Part shown: positions 51,289 through 62,177 of the stretch, piece after piece | Position numbering within the stretch: the first letter of the stretch is position 1 | Layout of the letters: each line of letters begins with the position of its first letter | Assembly (NCBI GenBank): GCA_008690995.1 | Contig: VRMN01000005.1 | Location: 496,001 to 560,000 of the forward strand | Direction of reading: 5' to 3' | Source: Porphyridium purpureum | Lineage: Eukaryota | Length of the DNA stretch: 64,000 bases | The notes under the pieces: generated by a model | What the model saw: the letters and a program-made list of their open reading frames with translations, nothing else | The model's database searches: none | What the model was told of the DNA's origin: nothing | Position numbers and translations under genes: made by a program

Positions 51289-52146
51289 TCACGTGAACTC
51301 AATGCTCAGAATATCTCGAATATTGCTCTTGCCATCATCGACTGATGCAAGGATGTCAATCTTCAGCTGCGGTCGCATCCCCAGCAGGTATTCGCGGAAG
51401 CGGAGCACACAGCCGCCGACGCCAAAGTAATACCTCTTTGACGCCACCAAAACGGTACCGACCCTTCGAGGCTGAAAGAGCGTGCAAAGGCATTCCGCAA
51501 GCTCACGACTACTTTGCTCACTATACAACACCTCGGACGCCAGAACAAGATCAAAATGCGCGTCGCGAAACGCAAGTGGAGCTGTTGCCCAACTACCAGC
51601 AAAGAAGCGCACCGGAGGAACGGCACTTCCGGCGCCGTCTACCTCGTTCAAAACCACATTGAGCGCGGCACATGACTCGAGCACCTCGGCATTGAAATCG
51701 TGTAGCACCAACGCGGTGGCGCCATTGCGCAGCGCAAAGATGCCAGGCAAAGCGTGCCCGCATCCGAGCTCCAGCACGTGCTTTCGGTTGAGAAACTCTG
51801 GTCGCTCGCGCAAAAACTCAATCAAGTCGAGAGCGCTCTCCCACAACTTGAACCCGCCTTCGTACACGCCCGGAATAAGGTCAGTGGCGAGGCCCACAGG
51901 CGCAACCGCCCCTGCTTGCACGTGCGCGCCCGCGCACGCGCGCAAGCCTGCGGCCCTGAGCGCCGGTATTTCGTCGTCAAGCGCCTGCCCGGGAGCCCTG
52001 GATCGCGCATCGCGAAGCAGCCGCACAGCGTCCAGCTCAACTGTGGGGGAGGACGAGGAGCTCAGCGGGGCCGCAGTGTGGTGCACAGGAGCGGCCGCCG
52101 CTGCCTTTTCGTCCTCATTGGCGTCAACAAAATCAAAGCGGAACAT
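51289..52146 (-). CDS. Histidine protein methyltransferase HPM1/METTL18-like
   Basis: [46 protein letters not shown]. Confidence 0.9.
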   Translation of the reverse strand: MFRFDFVDANEDEKAAAAAPVHHTAAPLSSSSSPTVELDAVRLLRDARSRAPGQALDDEIPALRAAGLRACAGAHVQAGAVAPVGLATDLIPGVYEGGFKLWESALDLIEFLRERPEFLNRKHVLELGCGHALPGIFALRNGATALVLHDFNAEVLESCAALNVVLNEVDGAGSAVPPVRFFAGSWATAPLAFRDAHFDLVLASEVLYSEQSSRELAECLCTLFQPRRVGTVLVASKRYYFGVGGCVLRFREYLLGMRPQLKIDILASVDDGKSNIRDILSIEFT

Positions 52147-52280
52147 CAGGGACCCCGCAAGGCCTGGAGCCGTCGCATTCTTTGAGGCCTCGACAAGTTT
52201 TTTCCTTGCGGACACGGCGGCGGCGGCAATGTCTCACAACGAGGGGTTTGATTGCGACGGGGCGAGCGCGTGTTCGTTTG

Positions 52281-54296
52281 ATGTGGAGTTGTGCTGGATT
52301 TGTGGCAGCGGCGGGAAGCGCACTGCACCCCATTCCATCGCACGGACGAACGCTCAGCTCCCGTGTTGCGACGGCGGCGGCGCAAACCGTGCTTGCACCC
52401 CGATTGTTGCAGTCCGGCCCGAGAAATCACGCCTTTGTGTTTAGGCCACCAACAAGTCGAGCGCAAGCGCGGGCTGTGGGCGTCGTGACTTACGCGGCTA
52501 TGGAGGGGAATAATACTGATCTAGATCCGGCCATGCTGCAGACCAAGAAGGTGGTCGTGCAGCGCGTCGTCGACGCGATTCGCGCAGCGTTTGGCTCCGA
52601 GATTGACCCGAACCCGATGGTGACGCCGGCAACGAAGGAAGAGTTTGGCGATTTCCAATGCAACGCTGCAATGGGGCTTGCGAAATCGCTGAAGAAAAAG
52701 CCCAGAGACGTCGCTACGGCGATTGTGGAGAAGCTAGACATTGCCGATCTGTGTGTGACACCGCCAGAGATCGCGGGCCCCGGATTCATCAACTTGAAGC
52801 TCACAGATGAGTACGTGAAGGCTAAAATGAAGCACGCGCTCCAGGATAAGGAGAGGCTGGGCATCGCGAAGCGCGATCCCGCCCAGAGGATTATCGTTGA
52901 CTTTAGCTCGCCAAACATTGCCAAGGAGATGCACGTGGGGCACTTGCGTTCCACCATCATTGGAGACTGCCTTTGTCGCATTTTAGAGTTTCTTGGTCAT
53001 GATGTTCTGCGTTTAAACCACGTTGGCGACTGGGGTACACAATTCGGCATGCTGATCCTGTACCTGCGCGAGGTGGCACCGGAGGCGCTCGTGGACGGCA
53101 GTGATTTGGATCTTGGCGATCTGGTGGTGTTCTACAAGAAGGCGAAAGCGCGATTCGACGAGGACCCAGAGTTTCAAGAGAGTGCGCGAAAGGAAGTTGT
53201 CAAACTGCAGGCAGGAGATGAAGAATCGCTGCGTGGATGGAAGACGCTTTGCAATCAGTCGCGCATCGAGTTCAACCGCGTGTACGACATCCTGGACGTA
53301 AAGCTAGAGGAGAGGGGCGAGAGCTTTTACAATCCTTTTCTCAAGCAGGTCGTTACGGACTTGCAGGAGAAGCAGCTCGCGGTCGAGAATGAGGGCGCGC
53401 AGTGCGTGTTTCTGGAAGGCTTCACGAGCCGTGACGGATCGACCCAGCCTCTGCTGGTACAGAAAAGTGACGGTGGGTACATGTACTCTACGACGGATCT
53501 CGCCGCGATTCGCCACCGCACGCACGTCGAAAAGGCGACACGTGTATTATACGTGACCGATGTAGGCCAGTCCACGCATTTCGAGCAAGTTTTCCAGGTT
53601 GCACGCCGCGCCGAATTTTACCCACCGTCGGTGTCTCTGGAGCACGTGCCTTTTGGCTTGGTTCAAGGTGAAGACGGCAAAAAATTCAAGACGCGATCAG
53701 GAGATACGGTGCGTCTGCGCGACTTGCTCGATGAGGCTGTGGTCAGATGCAAAGCAGACTACACGCGTCGCATGGAAGAAGAAGGTCGTGCAGAGACTTC
53801 CGAGTACGTGGAAGAAGTGTCCAAGGTAGTAGGCATCGCGGCGGTCAAGTACGCTGATCTGAAGAACAACCGTGTCAGCAACTACCGCTTCAGCTACGAC
53901 AAGATGCTCACGCTGACGGGAAACACGGCACCGTACATGCTCTACGCGTACGCTCGCATTCAGGGCATTTATCGCAAGGGTGGTATTGACATTACAAGTC
54001 GCGTGACCTCGCTGGATCTCAAGTTGGACAAGCCGGAGGAGATGTCGCTCGTCAGGCTGTGTCTGCGCTTCGACCAGATTCTAGAGGTGCTCGAAACTGA
54101 CCTCAAGCCCAACTTTTTGTGCGAGTACATGTACGAAGTGGCGAGCAAGTTTAACGCGTTCTACGAAAACTGCTCTGTTCTCAACGCAGAGTCGGAGCGA
54201 GTTATGGAATCGCGGCTTGCGATCTGTGATTTGACCGCGCGGACGCTCGCGTTGTCCTTCAGCCTTCTCGGGATCAAGACATTGGAGCGTCTTTAG
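52281..54296 (+). CDS. argS: Arginyl-tRNA synthetase with N-terminal targeting extension
   Basis: [54 protein letters not shown]. Confidence 0.97.
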   Translation: MWSCAGFVAAAGSALHPIPSHGRTLSSRVATAAAQTVLAPRLLQSGPRNHAFVFRPPTSRAQARAVGVVTYAAMEGNNTDLDPAMLQTKKVVVQRVVDAIRAAFGSEIDPNPMVTPATKEEFGDFQCNAAMGLAKSLKKKPRDVATAIVEKLDIADLCVTPPEIAGPGFINLKLTDEYVKAKMKHALQDKERLGIAKRDPAQRIIVDFSSPNIAKEMHVGHLRSTIIGDCLCRILEFLGHDVLRLNHVGDWGTQFGMLILYLREVAPEALVDGSDLDLGDLVVFYKKAKARFDEDPEFQESARKEVVKLQAGDEESLRGWKTLCNQSRIEFNRVYDILDVKLEERGESFYNPFLKQVVTDLQEKQLAVENEGAQCVFLEGFTSRDGSTQPLLVQKSDGGYMYSTTDLAAIRHRTHVEKATRVLYVTDVGQSTHFEQVFQVARRAEFYPPSVSLEHVPFGLVQGEDGKKFKTRSGDTVRLRDLLDEAVVRCKADYTRRMEEEGRAETSEYVEEVSKVVGIAAVKYADLKNNRVSNYRFSYDKMLTLTGNTAPYMLYAYARIQGIYRKGGIDITSRVTSLDLKLDKPEEMSLVRLCLRFDQILEVLETDLKPNFLCEYMYEVASKFNAFYENCSVLNAESERVMESRLAICDLTARTLALSFSLLGIKTLERL

Positions 54297-54487
54297 AGAA
54301 GGTAAAGCAAAAAAAGGTGTGGAAAGACCGTGATAGCAAAAGTAGATGCGGGCACAAATTTAGAATCTGGGCTTCCTTTCTGGTATGGCTAGAACTTCAC
54401 GGAATAAGATATGAATGGCGCGTTTCTCCGACCACCGGGAAAAAATCGAGCCTTAGAATTGGCTCTGGTATGTCGGCGCGAGCGTCG

Positions 54488-55786
54488 CTACTTTCGCATT
54501 CGCATAGCTTTTAGCCTTCTACGTCTTTCCTCCGCTTCTTGCTCGCGCCTATCTTCTCGCTGTGCAATCTTGGCGCTGCGCGCTTCCTCGCGCTGGATCG
54601 CTTCAAACCCTCCATCAAACGAATCATCATCATCATCGCGATCGTCGTCATCATCGGAATGGCTTCTGGATCGTTTACGTCTCCCCATGATATTACGTCG
54701 AAGTTCCGCTCTCAAACGCAAGAGCTCGTCATCGTCGCCCTCCGACTCACTAGCAATAAAGTCATCCATGCTATCCGTTCCATCCTCGTCACTCGATACC
54801 TCTTCTTCGTCTTGCCTCCGGCGCGGCTTTGATTGTTCTTTCGGATATCGATCGTGCCGTCTTGTGCCGCGCTCTCGCTCACGTTCGTACATATGTGCTG
54901 TCCGACTCGACCTGATGTCCTCGACGTCTCGTGCATCACGCGTCGACAAGGTCTTCTTGCCTTGCGCTTTGATTGACGACGGACTCCTTTGCGACTCGGT
55001 CCTCCACGCAGCTTCGAATTTTGGGTCGTTCAATCGCGCCATCTTAGCGCGAATAGCTTGCTTCTTTGCCTCCAACTCCAAAGCCTTCGTGGCGTCTTTT
55101 TCTACACCAATACCTCTACCTTTTGATTTCGGCACAGCAGCATCGCCTGGTCGGCCCCGATCTTTGCTGCTCGATGGCATCCCGATAGCCTGTCTTTCCA
55201 TCGCCTGCTTAGTTTGCATGATCAGTTTGGTCTTCTTCCTTTCCAGCTCGCGCGCAATGGAAAGATCTTCATCCACGCCGTCCTTCCACTGATCTCCATA
55301 CATGTCCGAATAGTCCCATGACACACTGGCGTGCGCCTGCATGCGCTTCAGCTTTTGCATGCGCCGCAACTGCTGCTGCTCCGCTTGTAGGGCGGGCCGG
55401 CCAGCGCTACTGTCTTTCTTGTGCCCATTCAGAGCGGGCTTCAGCGGTCGGCCATTCTCGTCGTCCTCCGGCTCTTCATCGTTCCCAGAGCCGCGCTTCA
55501 ATCGCCCTCCCACCGCGCCGCGAGAATTAGACGACAAGGCAGCTGACTTTGTCCTTGCACCCGCCGCTGCCGCCGAAGCATATCTCTGCCTCACGACTGA
55601 ATGTGATGCCGCCTTTGCCTTATGCTCCAACATGTACTGTCTCGCGTGCGCCTTCTCCCGTTCCTTTCCTTTCTCCTCCAAAGACTTCTTCTTCTCCGCG
55701 CGGACCTCTGCCTGTGTACGCGCGCGGAGACGCGCCTCTTTCTCCTTTCGCGTGCGCTCCTCCTCCAACTCGCGCACCAAGTCCAT
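54488..55786 (-). CDS. SPT2: SPT2-like chromatin protein
   Basis: SMDDFI and C-terminal GFEAIQREEARSAKIAQREDRREQEAEERRRR. Confidence 0.75.
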   Translation of the reverse strand: MDLVRELEEERTRKEKEARLRARTQAEVRAEKKKSLEEKGKEREKAHARQYMLEHKAKAASHSVVRQRYASAAAAGARTKSAALSSNSRGAVGGRLKRGSGNDEEPEDDENGRPLKPALNGHKKDSSAGRPALQAEQQQLRRMQKLKRMQAHASVSWDYSDMYGDQWKDGVDEDLSIARELERKKTKLIMQTKQAMERQAIGMPSSSKDRGRPGDAAVPKSKGRGIGVEKDATKALELEAKKQAIRAKMARLNDPKFEAAWRTESQRSPSSIKAQGKKTLSTRDARDVEDIRSSRTAHMYERERERGTRRHDRYPKEQSKPRRRQDEEEVSSDEDGTDSMDDFIASESEGDDDELLRLRAELRRNIMGRRKRSRSHSDDDDDRDDDDDSFDGGFEAIQREEARSAKIAQREDRREQEAEERRRRLKAMRMRK

Positions 55787-55994
55787 CGCGACCTCGACCA
55801 CGACTCCCACTCACGTCTCACATTCACTGGTCGTCTGCGCAGCTAAAAAGGGCAGCAGCGGTTTACATAAATACATTTTGTGTGTGGAGTGCGCCACACA
55901 CTTCTGCAGCAGCAGCGGCTGGATGTGACTCGCTGGTTGAGTCACTGGCTTGCAATTGGCCAAGCCGTTTCGAAAGCGTGCGTGGGCGCCGCTC

Positions 55995-58466
55995 CTACGC
56001 TTGCTCCTCTTCGGTCATAAAGGCAAGGAAGCGCCGCCATGTGGCTAGATACTGCGCATTGTCGATATCTTGCACCCAGTCGGCTTCGATGTGGTTCATG
56101 TGGACGAGCCAGGTATCAGGGAGCTGGTACAGACGGAGACGCTTGCCTGCACGAGCGGCAGCCCATACCCATTGCACCTTGTTAAAGCCGTACCCAACAA
56201 ACCGCTCGTCGAAGGGGAAAAAGTCGCGTGTGCGCATGATGACGTATGGCTCGTACTGGTCAGTGATGCGTAGCTCCTGCGCCTCCCAGGCTGCGTACCA
56301 GCGCTCAAATTTGGTTCCCTTCTGTGACACTATACAGTACGGGCATGACTTCTCCGCGTGCAGTAGTTGCACGAGCTCGTCCTTGTGTCGCGGCACGGCA
56401 ACGCCGACGTCGACCATAAATACCGGCAGTACGAGGGCGCGAACAGTTTGATTATCACCTTTTCCTTCGGGCGGTGAGAGCATCTCGGCCAGAACCGGGC
56501 CCAGACACCGGAAGTGATCGCTAGACGGCAGCAAATCTACGTCAATCAAAGATACAAACTCTGTGTGCACGTTTTCCAGCGCCACGTTGCGCAGCAGGTT
56601 GATCGGAAAGGCACCGCGCTTCGCGTACGCTTTTTCGTATGCAATGGTAAGGTTTACGTGCCTGTGGAGCGCCGCATGGGCACGCCAGTGCTGCAAGACA
56701 AGCGCCACATCTTCTTCGGAATTGACATGCACGGCAGCACTAATGGGACTATCAGGATACAGTTCAGCCACCCGCACAAGTCTCGAGATGCGGTCCGCGC
56801 TTAGCGCCACGGCTAGTGTCAGTTGGTCCGAGGCTGCCGGGACGTCTGCTTCAAGCCGAGCCGAGGCAGAATTGCCCCTCGTTTTCTCGCTACGAAAGCG
56901 AGCTTGTGCAGGGTACATCTGTTTGACATCCACGCGATGGCACACATGGTCTTGGTGCGCCGTAGCTTCGCCGGAAAACGGTATGAGCTTGATATCGTCC
57001 ATGAGCACCACCCCGTAGTGATGATATACGTGAAGAAATACGTGGATCCACTGTGGTCGACCAAGCAGTGGGTGCGATAGATCCAATTCAACGCACGAGT
57101 GCAGCCACGTTTGCTCCAGAACGCTGCATGCGCCCTTGATCAGCGGCACGCTGATCCGCTCTACGATTTCGCCCGTTGAGTAGAGCACCGAGAACTGCAC
57201 TGATACTGATTCATTAATGAAGGCAAGGTTGATTGGATCAACGTCGAGCTCTATGACAGCCATATGTAGGCTGAACATGTACAAGTCGTGCGGATCCATA
57301 CCCTGATCTGTCAAACGTACGGCTTGGTGCGCCCCATAGAAAACATCGTCAAATGTCTTGGCCGTCCTTAGTCGAAAAACGTCTTGGGGGGCGACGTGCT
57401 GTGGCTCCTTGAGTTCTATCGATGCACCATCCGGCGCCAGCTCGGCTACATCTTCAGATGCGACTCGTGCCGCTGTGTCATCAACCTCATGCACGTAAAC
57501 GCCAAAACGGCCGAGCAGGATCGCGCATCGTCCAGTACGAGGCATAAAGAACATCGAAGAATCGAGAGAATTTTCTGATGTTGGGTCCGCTTGATTGGCA
57601 GTCACTCCTCTTGAGTTCGAATCCGTAAAGCGCACCGCGCGCGGCAGCGGAATAGCGCCACACACGCGTCGGTAGCCGCCATTGTAAAAACGATTCCAGC
57701 CACGTGCATCATCCTTGGCGCTTGGCGCTTTTGCCGGATCTGCACTCGCCTTTCCCGCGAGCTCAAAACCTCCATTTCGGATCAAGTTTGGCCGGCCGTA
57801 CCTTTCTAAATGGGACTCCCTGCTGGCTTTCTGCAAGAATTGCGGTAGCGCCCATGAGAAACGACACAATGGCGCCGGGCTGCTGCGCCCGTCTGAGGAT
57901 ATGGCGATTTCCACTTCAAACTCGTGCGCATCGGCCGCGTACACGTTCAGCAATGAAATTTCTAGCTCAACTCCCGCTGGGTATGCAACCTCTGCCGTCC
58001 CAGCAACCGGCACCAGAAGCCGAGTCACCGCGCTGGTGAGTTCAACGCGATTCAATTCGGCGTCCAACACAAACACTGTTGCATGTACTTGTACTTGCGC
58101 GCCGGTCCCCGCGGTGCTGCCTGCTCGCGGCCGCAGCATTAGCACATTCGCGATGCGTTCTTGGTCGAACACGTGCGAGATCTGGAGCGTGCCATTTCCG
58201 ATCAGCGCGCTCGTGGCGCACTGGCGCTGCGTGGGCACACTCGAGCTGTTGCGGAGCCTCCACGGGCGACTCTGGCCCTCTGCGCACGCTGCTGTGCTGT
58301 CTGTGCCGATCCGCCCCTCTATGGCGCAAGGCACTTGTCGAACGGGCGCATTCCGAGACGCGCGACTCCACGATGAGAGTAAGAAGACCGCAACAACCGC
58401 GACCAGCGCGTGTGCGACGCCCGTCAGAAACGCGCGCGCAGGAGATTCATGAATCGACGATTGCAT
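55995..58466 (-). CDS. Type II membrane GT49 (LARGE/B4GAT1-like) glycosyltransferase with CBM-like stem
   Basis: N-terminal TM; NLIRNGGFE; PISAAVH, FPINLLRNVAL, IDVDLLP, YEPY, FDERFVGYGFNKVQW. Confidence 0.85.
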   Translation of the reverse strand: MQSSIHESPARAFLTGVAHALVAVVAVFLLSSWSRASRNAPVRQVPCAIEGRIGTDSTAACAEGQSRPWRLRNSSSVPTQRQCATSALIGNGTLQISHVFDQERIANVLMLRPRAGSTAGTGAQVQVHATVFVLDAELNRVELTSAVTRLLVPVAGTAEVAYPAGVELEISLLNVYAADAHEFEVEIAISSDGRSSPAPLCRFSWALPQFLQKASRESHLERYGRPNLIRNGGFELAGKASADPAKAPSAKDDARGWNRFYNGGYRRVCGAIPLPRAVRFTDSNSRGVTANQADPTSENSLDSSMFFMPRTGRCAILLGRFGVYVHEVDDTAARVASEDVAELAPDGASIELKEPQHVAPQDVFRLRTAKTFDDVFYGAHQAVRLTDQGMDPHDLYMFSLHMAVIELDVDPINLAFINESVSVQFSVLYSTGEIVERISVPLIKGACSVLEQTWLHSCVELDLSHPLLGRPQWIHVFLHVYHHYGVVLMDDIKLIPFSGEATAHQDHVCHRVDVKQMYPAQARFRSEKTRGNSASARLEADVPAASDQLTLAVALSADRISRLVRVAELYPDSPISAAVHVNSEEDVALVLQHWRAHAALHRHVNLTIAYEKAYAKRGAFPINLLRNVALENVHTEFVSLIDVDLLPSSDHFRCLGPVLAEMLSPPEGKGDNQTVRALVLPVFMVDVGVAVPRHKDELVQLLHAEKSCPYCIVSQKGTKFERWYAAWEAQELRITDQYEPYVIMRTRDFFPFDERFVGYGFNKVQWVWAAARAGKRLRLYQLPDTWLVHMNHIEADWVQDIDNAQYLATWRRFLAFMTEEEQA

Positions 58467-58529
58467 CTCGATATCAGACCCCTTGGACGCTGGGCTACAG
58501 CGCTACCATATTCGGTGCCTAGCTTTCAT

Positions 58530-60095
58530 TCATTCCACCTCGGATTGTTCTGGGTCAGTCTCGGAATGCGACAAAGCGCGAACGAGGCCAAGCTCGTTCA
58601 GGAGCGAACTGTGATGCAAAAGCTGGAAGTGGCTGATGCCCGGGACTTTGACCACGGTGGCGTGAGGGAATACTGTTCGACAGGCAGCCAGTGAGTGCTC
58701 GGGAATGAGCCCGTCGCCAGAATCTTTCGTGTTCAAGCCTGTGAGTGTCTCCAGTCCTGTGCCGTATAAGCATGTGACCTGCACGTTGGCAAGCGCAGCC
58801 GCCAAAACCTTTGTCAGGGCGAGACCATTTGTCTCACCTTCCTCGGTGACATTGTCGGGATCCGCAATCGGAGAGCTTAACTCGGACGAGGATGGCCAAT
58901 GCTGCATGAGAAAACGTACAATATCGGACGGCAAGTGGTCTATACTGATCTTGTTCTGTGCCCACGCGCCCGCGTGTGGTCCACCGGCTTCGGGAAGTGT
59001 GCTTTTACGACCTTTCCTCATCCCGAAGGATTGAAGCATTTGGGTCATGTCCAATCGTGCTTGCACACCCGAGTCAGTACCGGCGTCGAACGCGACTTCT
59101 CGCTCAGACCAGCTCCAAGGGCAGAAGACGCGCGGCTGAGTCAGCATCCCGTCCCGTGCACGAAGCGCCAAGTCCGGTCGCCCTGCCCAAGGCGCTGACA
59201 CGCAAACAAGTTTGAAGACACGCGAGCGAACGTCGTCGCTGAGCATAGCAAGCGCGACAGCTAATTTGATGCAGCCGGCTTCGTGTCCGAGCAGAAAGAC
59301 ATGCCCTTGAGTTACATCAGGAGCTTCGCTAGCCAAGATACTGCTTGTCAAACGCGCTTGGAAGTCTGCATCGGGTTCAAGAAGCGACTTGCGCCAATCG
59401 AATAGAAGTATTTGCGCCATCAGGCGCTCGTCTTCGTCCCCTGCGCGGACGACGTCGGCAATAAAACGATGAAATGCACCCTTTGCTGGCATTGGCAAGC
59501 AATGTGATACATGGCTCAGCGGCGATGGCGCGCACGCTGCATGCGGATAATCAGCAAACTCGAGAGCTCGCTTATGCGTGCCTCGCGCGAAGGACGTCGT
59601 CTTAAAATCAACTAATGCTTGGACATACTCTGATTGGATCCCATCTTGGATCATGCTGCGCGTCACAGGTGTCAGAAACAGCGGTCGGCACTCACCGTCC
59701 GCACAATTCTGCAGAACCGAGCCTTCAAAGCCGGGCACCATAAGCACGGTGTGAATGATTGATGCACGTGCTCCTTGCGCTGACCTCTCGATTGAAGGTA
59801 ATAGCAAAGACATGATGGCGTCTTGTCGCGAAGCCTGCACTTGCTCTGCGTTGAACAGAGGTGTGCTCGGAGGCACGCCGCGCACGCCGAGCATGTTTTC
59901 CTTGAATGCATCCGGTTTGATCAGATTTGCCGCGTGGCTTGCGCACGTCCACGCCGCACGGGTCGACGCCGTGTGGAAGCCGTGGACTCGCCGCCTCACC
60001 GCGCATGCAATGAGAAAGACCAGCAGAGTGCGAAGATGACCGTGCGACAAGCGATTCTGCCGAGCGCGGCGCAGCTTCGCGCACGGTGTGACCAT
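58530..60095 (-). CDS. LCAT/group XV phospholipase A2-like protein, probable pseudoenzyme
   Basis: LMVPGFEGSVL, FDWRKS, SAPWAG, VTCLYGTGLET, GDGLIP, ISHFQLL; nucleophile elbow reads GHEAG. Confidence 0.75.
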   Translation of the reverse strand: MVTPCAKLRRARQNRLSHGHLRTLLVFLIACAVRRRVHGFHTASTRAAWTCASHAANLIKPDAFKENMLGVRGVPPSTPLFNAEQVQASRQDAIMSLLLPSIERSAQGARASIIHTVLMVPGFEGSVLQNCADGECRPLFLTPVTRSMIQDGIQSEYVQALVDFKTTSFARGTHKRALEFADYPHAACAPSPLSHVSHCLPMPAKGAFHRFIADVVRAGDEDERLMAQILLFDWRKSLLEPDADFQARLTSSILASEAPDVTQGHVFLLGHEAGCIKLAVALAMLSDDVRSRVFKLVCVSAPWAGRPDLALRARDGMLTQPRVFCPWSWSEREVAFDAGTDSGVQARLDMTQMLQSFGMRKGRKSTLPEAGGPHAGAWAQNKISIDHLPSDIVRFLMQHWPSSSELSSPIADPDNVTEEGETNGLALTKVLAAALANVQVTCLYGTGLETLTGLNTKDSGDGLIPEHSLAACRTVFPHATVVKVPGISHFQLLHHSSLLNELGLVRALSHSETDPEQSEVE

Positions 60096-60237
60096 CCTTA
60101 CCAGCTGGCAAGGGCGAGGACAAGCAAGGTCGATCTTGTGATCAATGTGATCTAACGCGAGAGCAATGGGAATGGCTCTCGGTCTTCGACATGAGCTTAT
60201 TTCATCGTGGGCGCAGCGACTGAAGGGATCAAAGGCT

Positions 60238-61770
60238 TTATAAGACGAGTTTTTTCGTTAGTAGGAAGCACACGATGGTCACGATGGCGGCAAACGGCAA
60301 GGTGACACCCCAGCTGAAGGCAATTTTGCCGAGCACTTTGCCATTAATGGATGAGGTGTCACCTGTGGCAAGCCCCACTGCAACAATGCATCCAATCAAG
60401 GTGTGCGTTGTGCTGACAGGAAGGCCGAGCTCGGATGCGATCAGGACGGTGATTGCAGTACCTAATTCCACGCTGAAGCCCTTGGTGGGTACGAGTTTGG
60501 TGATCTTCTTGCCCACGGTCTCCATCACTGGCTTTCCCCAAGTGGCCAGGCCAAACGAGATACCGAATCCACCAAGCACCAGCACCCACGGCGGAGTAAC
60601 CACTGCGACTCCCGGCGAAAGCGTGCCGCGATACGCCGCGTTCATTGCTGCAAATGGCCCGATCGCGTTGGACACGTCATTGCTACCGTGCGAGAAGGAC
60701 AGAAGGCAAGCTGTCACGACCTGCAGCACCTTGAAAATGCTCTCCACTTCTTGCTGCTCGGTCATTTCTTCAGTAACAATTCGCTCTTTAAGCGTACCAC
60801 GTGATCGAATGGCAGTCGCCGCAGCCCCTGCAATTCCGCCAGCTGCCATGGCTACAGCTGCTGCAATCAAAATGGCTCGATCTCGCGTGATTACCAAGGA
60901 GATCTGGCCCTTACTGAAGAGAAACATCGACAGCGTAAACATGGTGGCCGCGGAGAGTACCGGGAGCAAGCGCCGTGTGGCCTTGGCGGGTTGCTTGGCC
61001 TGCACGATGAATTTGCGCACAATGGCATACAAGATGGTCGAAACGATGCCTCCAATGAGTGGTGACAGAACCCAGGACAGACCAATGTTATAAAGCCCCT
61101 TCATATTGATGCCCCAGCCCGATACGAGCCCAAGTCCAACCAGTGAACCCACGACCGCATGGGTGCTTGACACGGGGAGGCCATACACTGTGGCGAGTGC
61201 CATCCACCCTGTCGTGCCCACTAGTACAGCACACATTCCAAGCATGATCGTGGGAGATTGTGCCATCGCGGAAGGCGGTATGCTCACGACGCCCGACGAA
61301 ATAGTCTTGGTGACTGTCGAGCCGAACAGTACGGCGCCAGAAAACTCCATAACGGCGCCAATGATCAGCGCTTGTTGCAAGGAAATCGCACCCGTCCCTA
61401 CTGCTGTTCCGAGCGAGTTTGCCACGTCATTTGCACCGAGCGCGGCTGAAAGAAGCACCGCGAGCACAGCGCCGGCAATCAACAGTGCTGTTGCCAGTGG
61501 GACTGCCATGTTCAACGGAGCCGTAGCGCCGACCGCCCTCGACACCGATCGCCGCGGCACGGTTCGATTGAGCAAAGAACGTGTTGAAGCCGCATGTACA
61601 CCCAAAAAGGAACTCGCACGAGCGGAGGCCGCATTTCCCAAAATCGCTCGCCGCCCGTACGGAGGCGCTGATCTGACGCACATACTCATGCGGCTCTTCA
61701 CACGTTGCAAGACTGGCCGCCGATCATCCGCAACCGAGGGCGACGCCGCGCCTGCCGCAAAAGCAAGCAT
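60238..61770 (-). CDS. PiT-family phosphate transporter, plastid PHT2-like
   Basis: GANDVANSLGT, PVSSTH, HGSNDVSNAIGP, PVSTTH; MLAFAAG... transit peptide (in-frame ATG also at 61809). Confidence 0.95.
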   Translation of the reverse strand: MLAFAAGAASPSVADDRRPVLQRVKSRMSMCVRSAPPYGRRAILGNAASARASSFLGVHAASTRSLLNRTVPRRSVSRAVGATAPLNMAVPLATALLIAGAVLAVLLSAALGANDVANSLGTAVGTGAISLQQALIIGAVMEFSGAVLFGSTVTKTISSGVVSIPPSAMAQSPTIMLGMCAVLVGTTGWMALATVYGLPVSSTHAVVGSLVGLGLVSGWGINMKGLYNIGLSWVLSPLIGGIVSTILYAIVRKFIVQAKQPAKATRRLLPVLSAATMFTLSMFLFSKGQISLVITRDRAILIAAAVAMAAGGIAGAAATAIRSRGTLKERIVTEEMTEQQEVESIFKVLQVVTACLLSFSHGSNDVSNAIGPFAAMNAAYRGTLSPGVAVVTPPWVLVLGGFGISFGLATWGKPVMETVGKKITKLVPTKGFSVELGTAITVLIASELGLPVSTTHTLIGCIVAVGLATGDTSSINGKVLGKIAFSWGVTLPFAAIVTIVCFLLTKKLVL

Positions 61771-62177
61771 GGTGGATTTTGCGCGAATCCCTTGCATATC
61801 GCCGTACATCGCTCGTCAACCACGACACAAAAACCCAACGCCTGCCGTCGCACCAACCACGCCTTGCCGATCGGTGGGAGCGCTCGGATGCCGACGGCGC
61901 GATCCGGAGTTACCCGAGACGTAGGAGGCACACCCGGCCGACGGCAATGCGTACGGACGCGCGATCCCGACGGATGAGGACGGAAGAACGACCGCGACTC
62001 GCTCGACTCGCCACAGCTGCGGTGCGTCGGAAGATTCGCTCGTTGGCATGCGCGCACGTGCGATCCGGATCGAACCGCCAGATGAGCGAGATTACTGTAC
62101 CCGCTGTACTATTCTCTATGAAAGGAGCGCGTTTAGGTAGACAGCTGGAAGTTTGCGTACAGTGGTGGCTGTACCTC

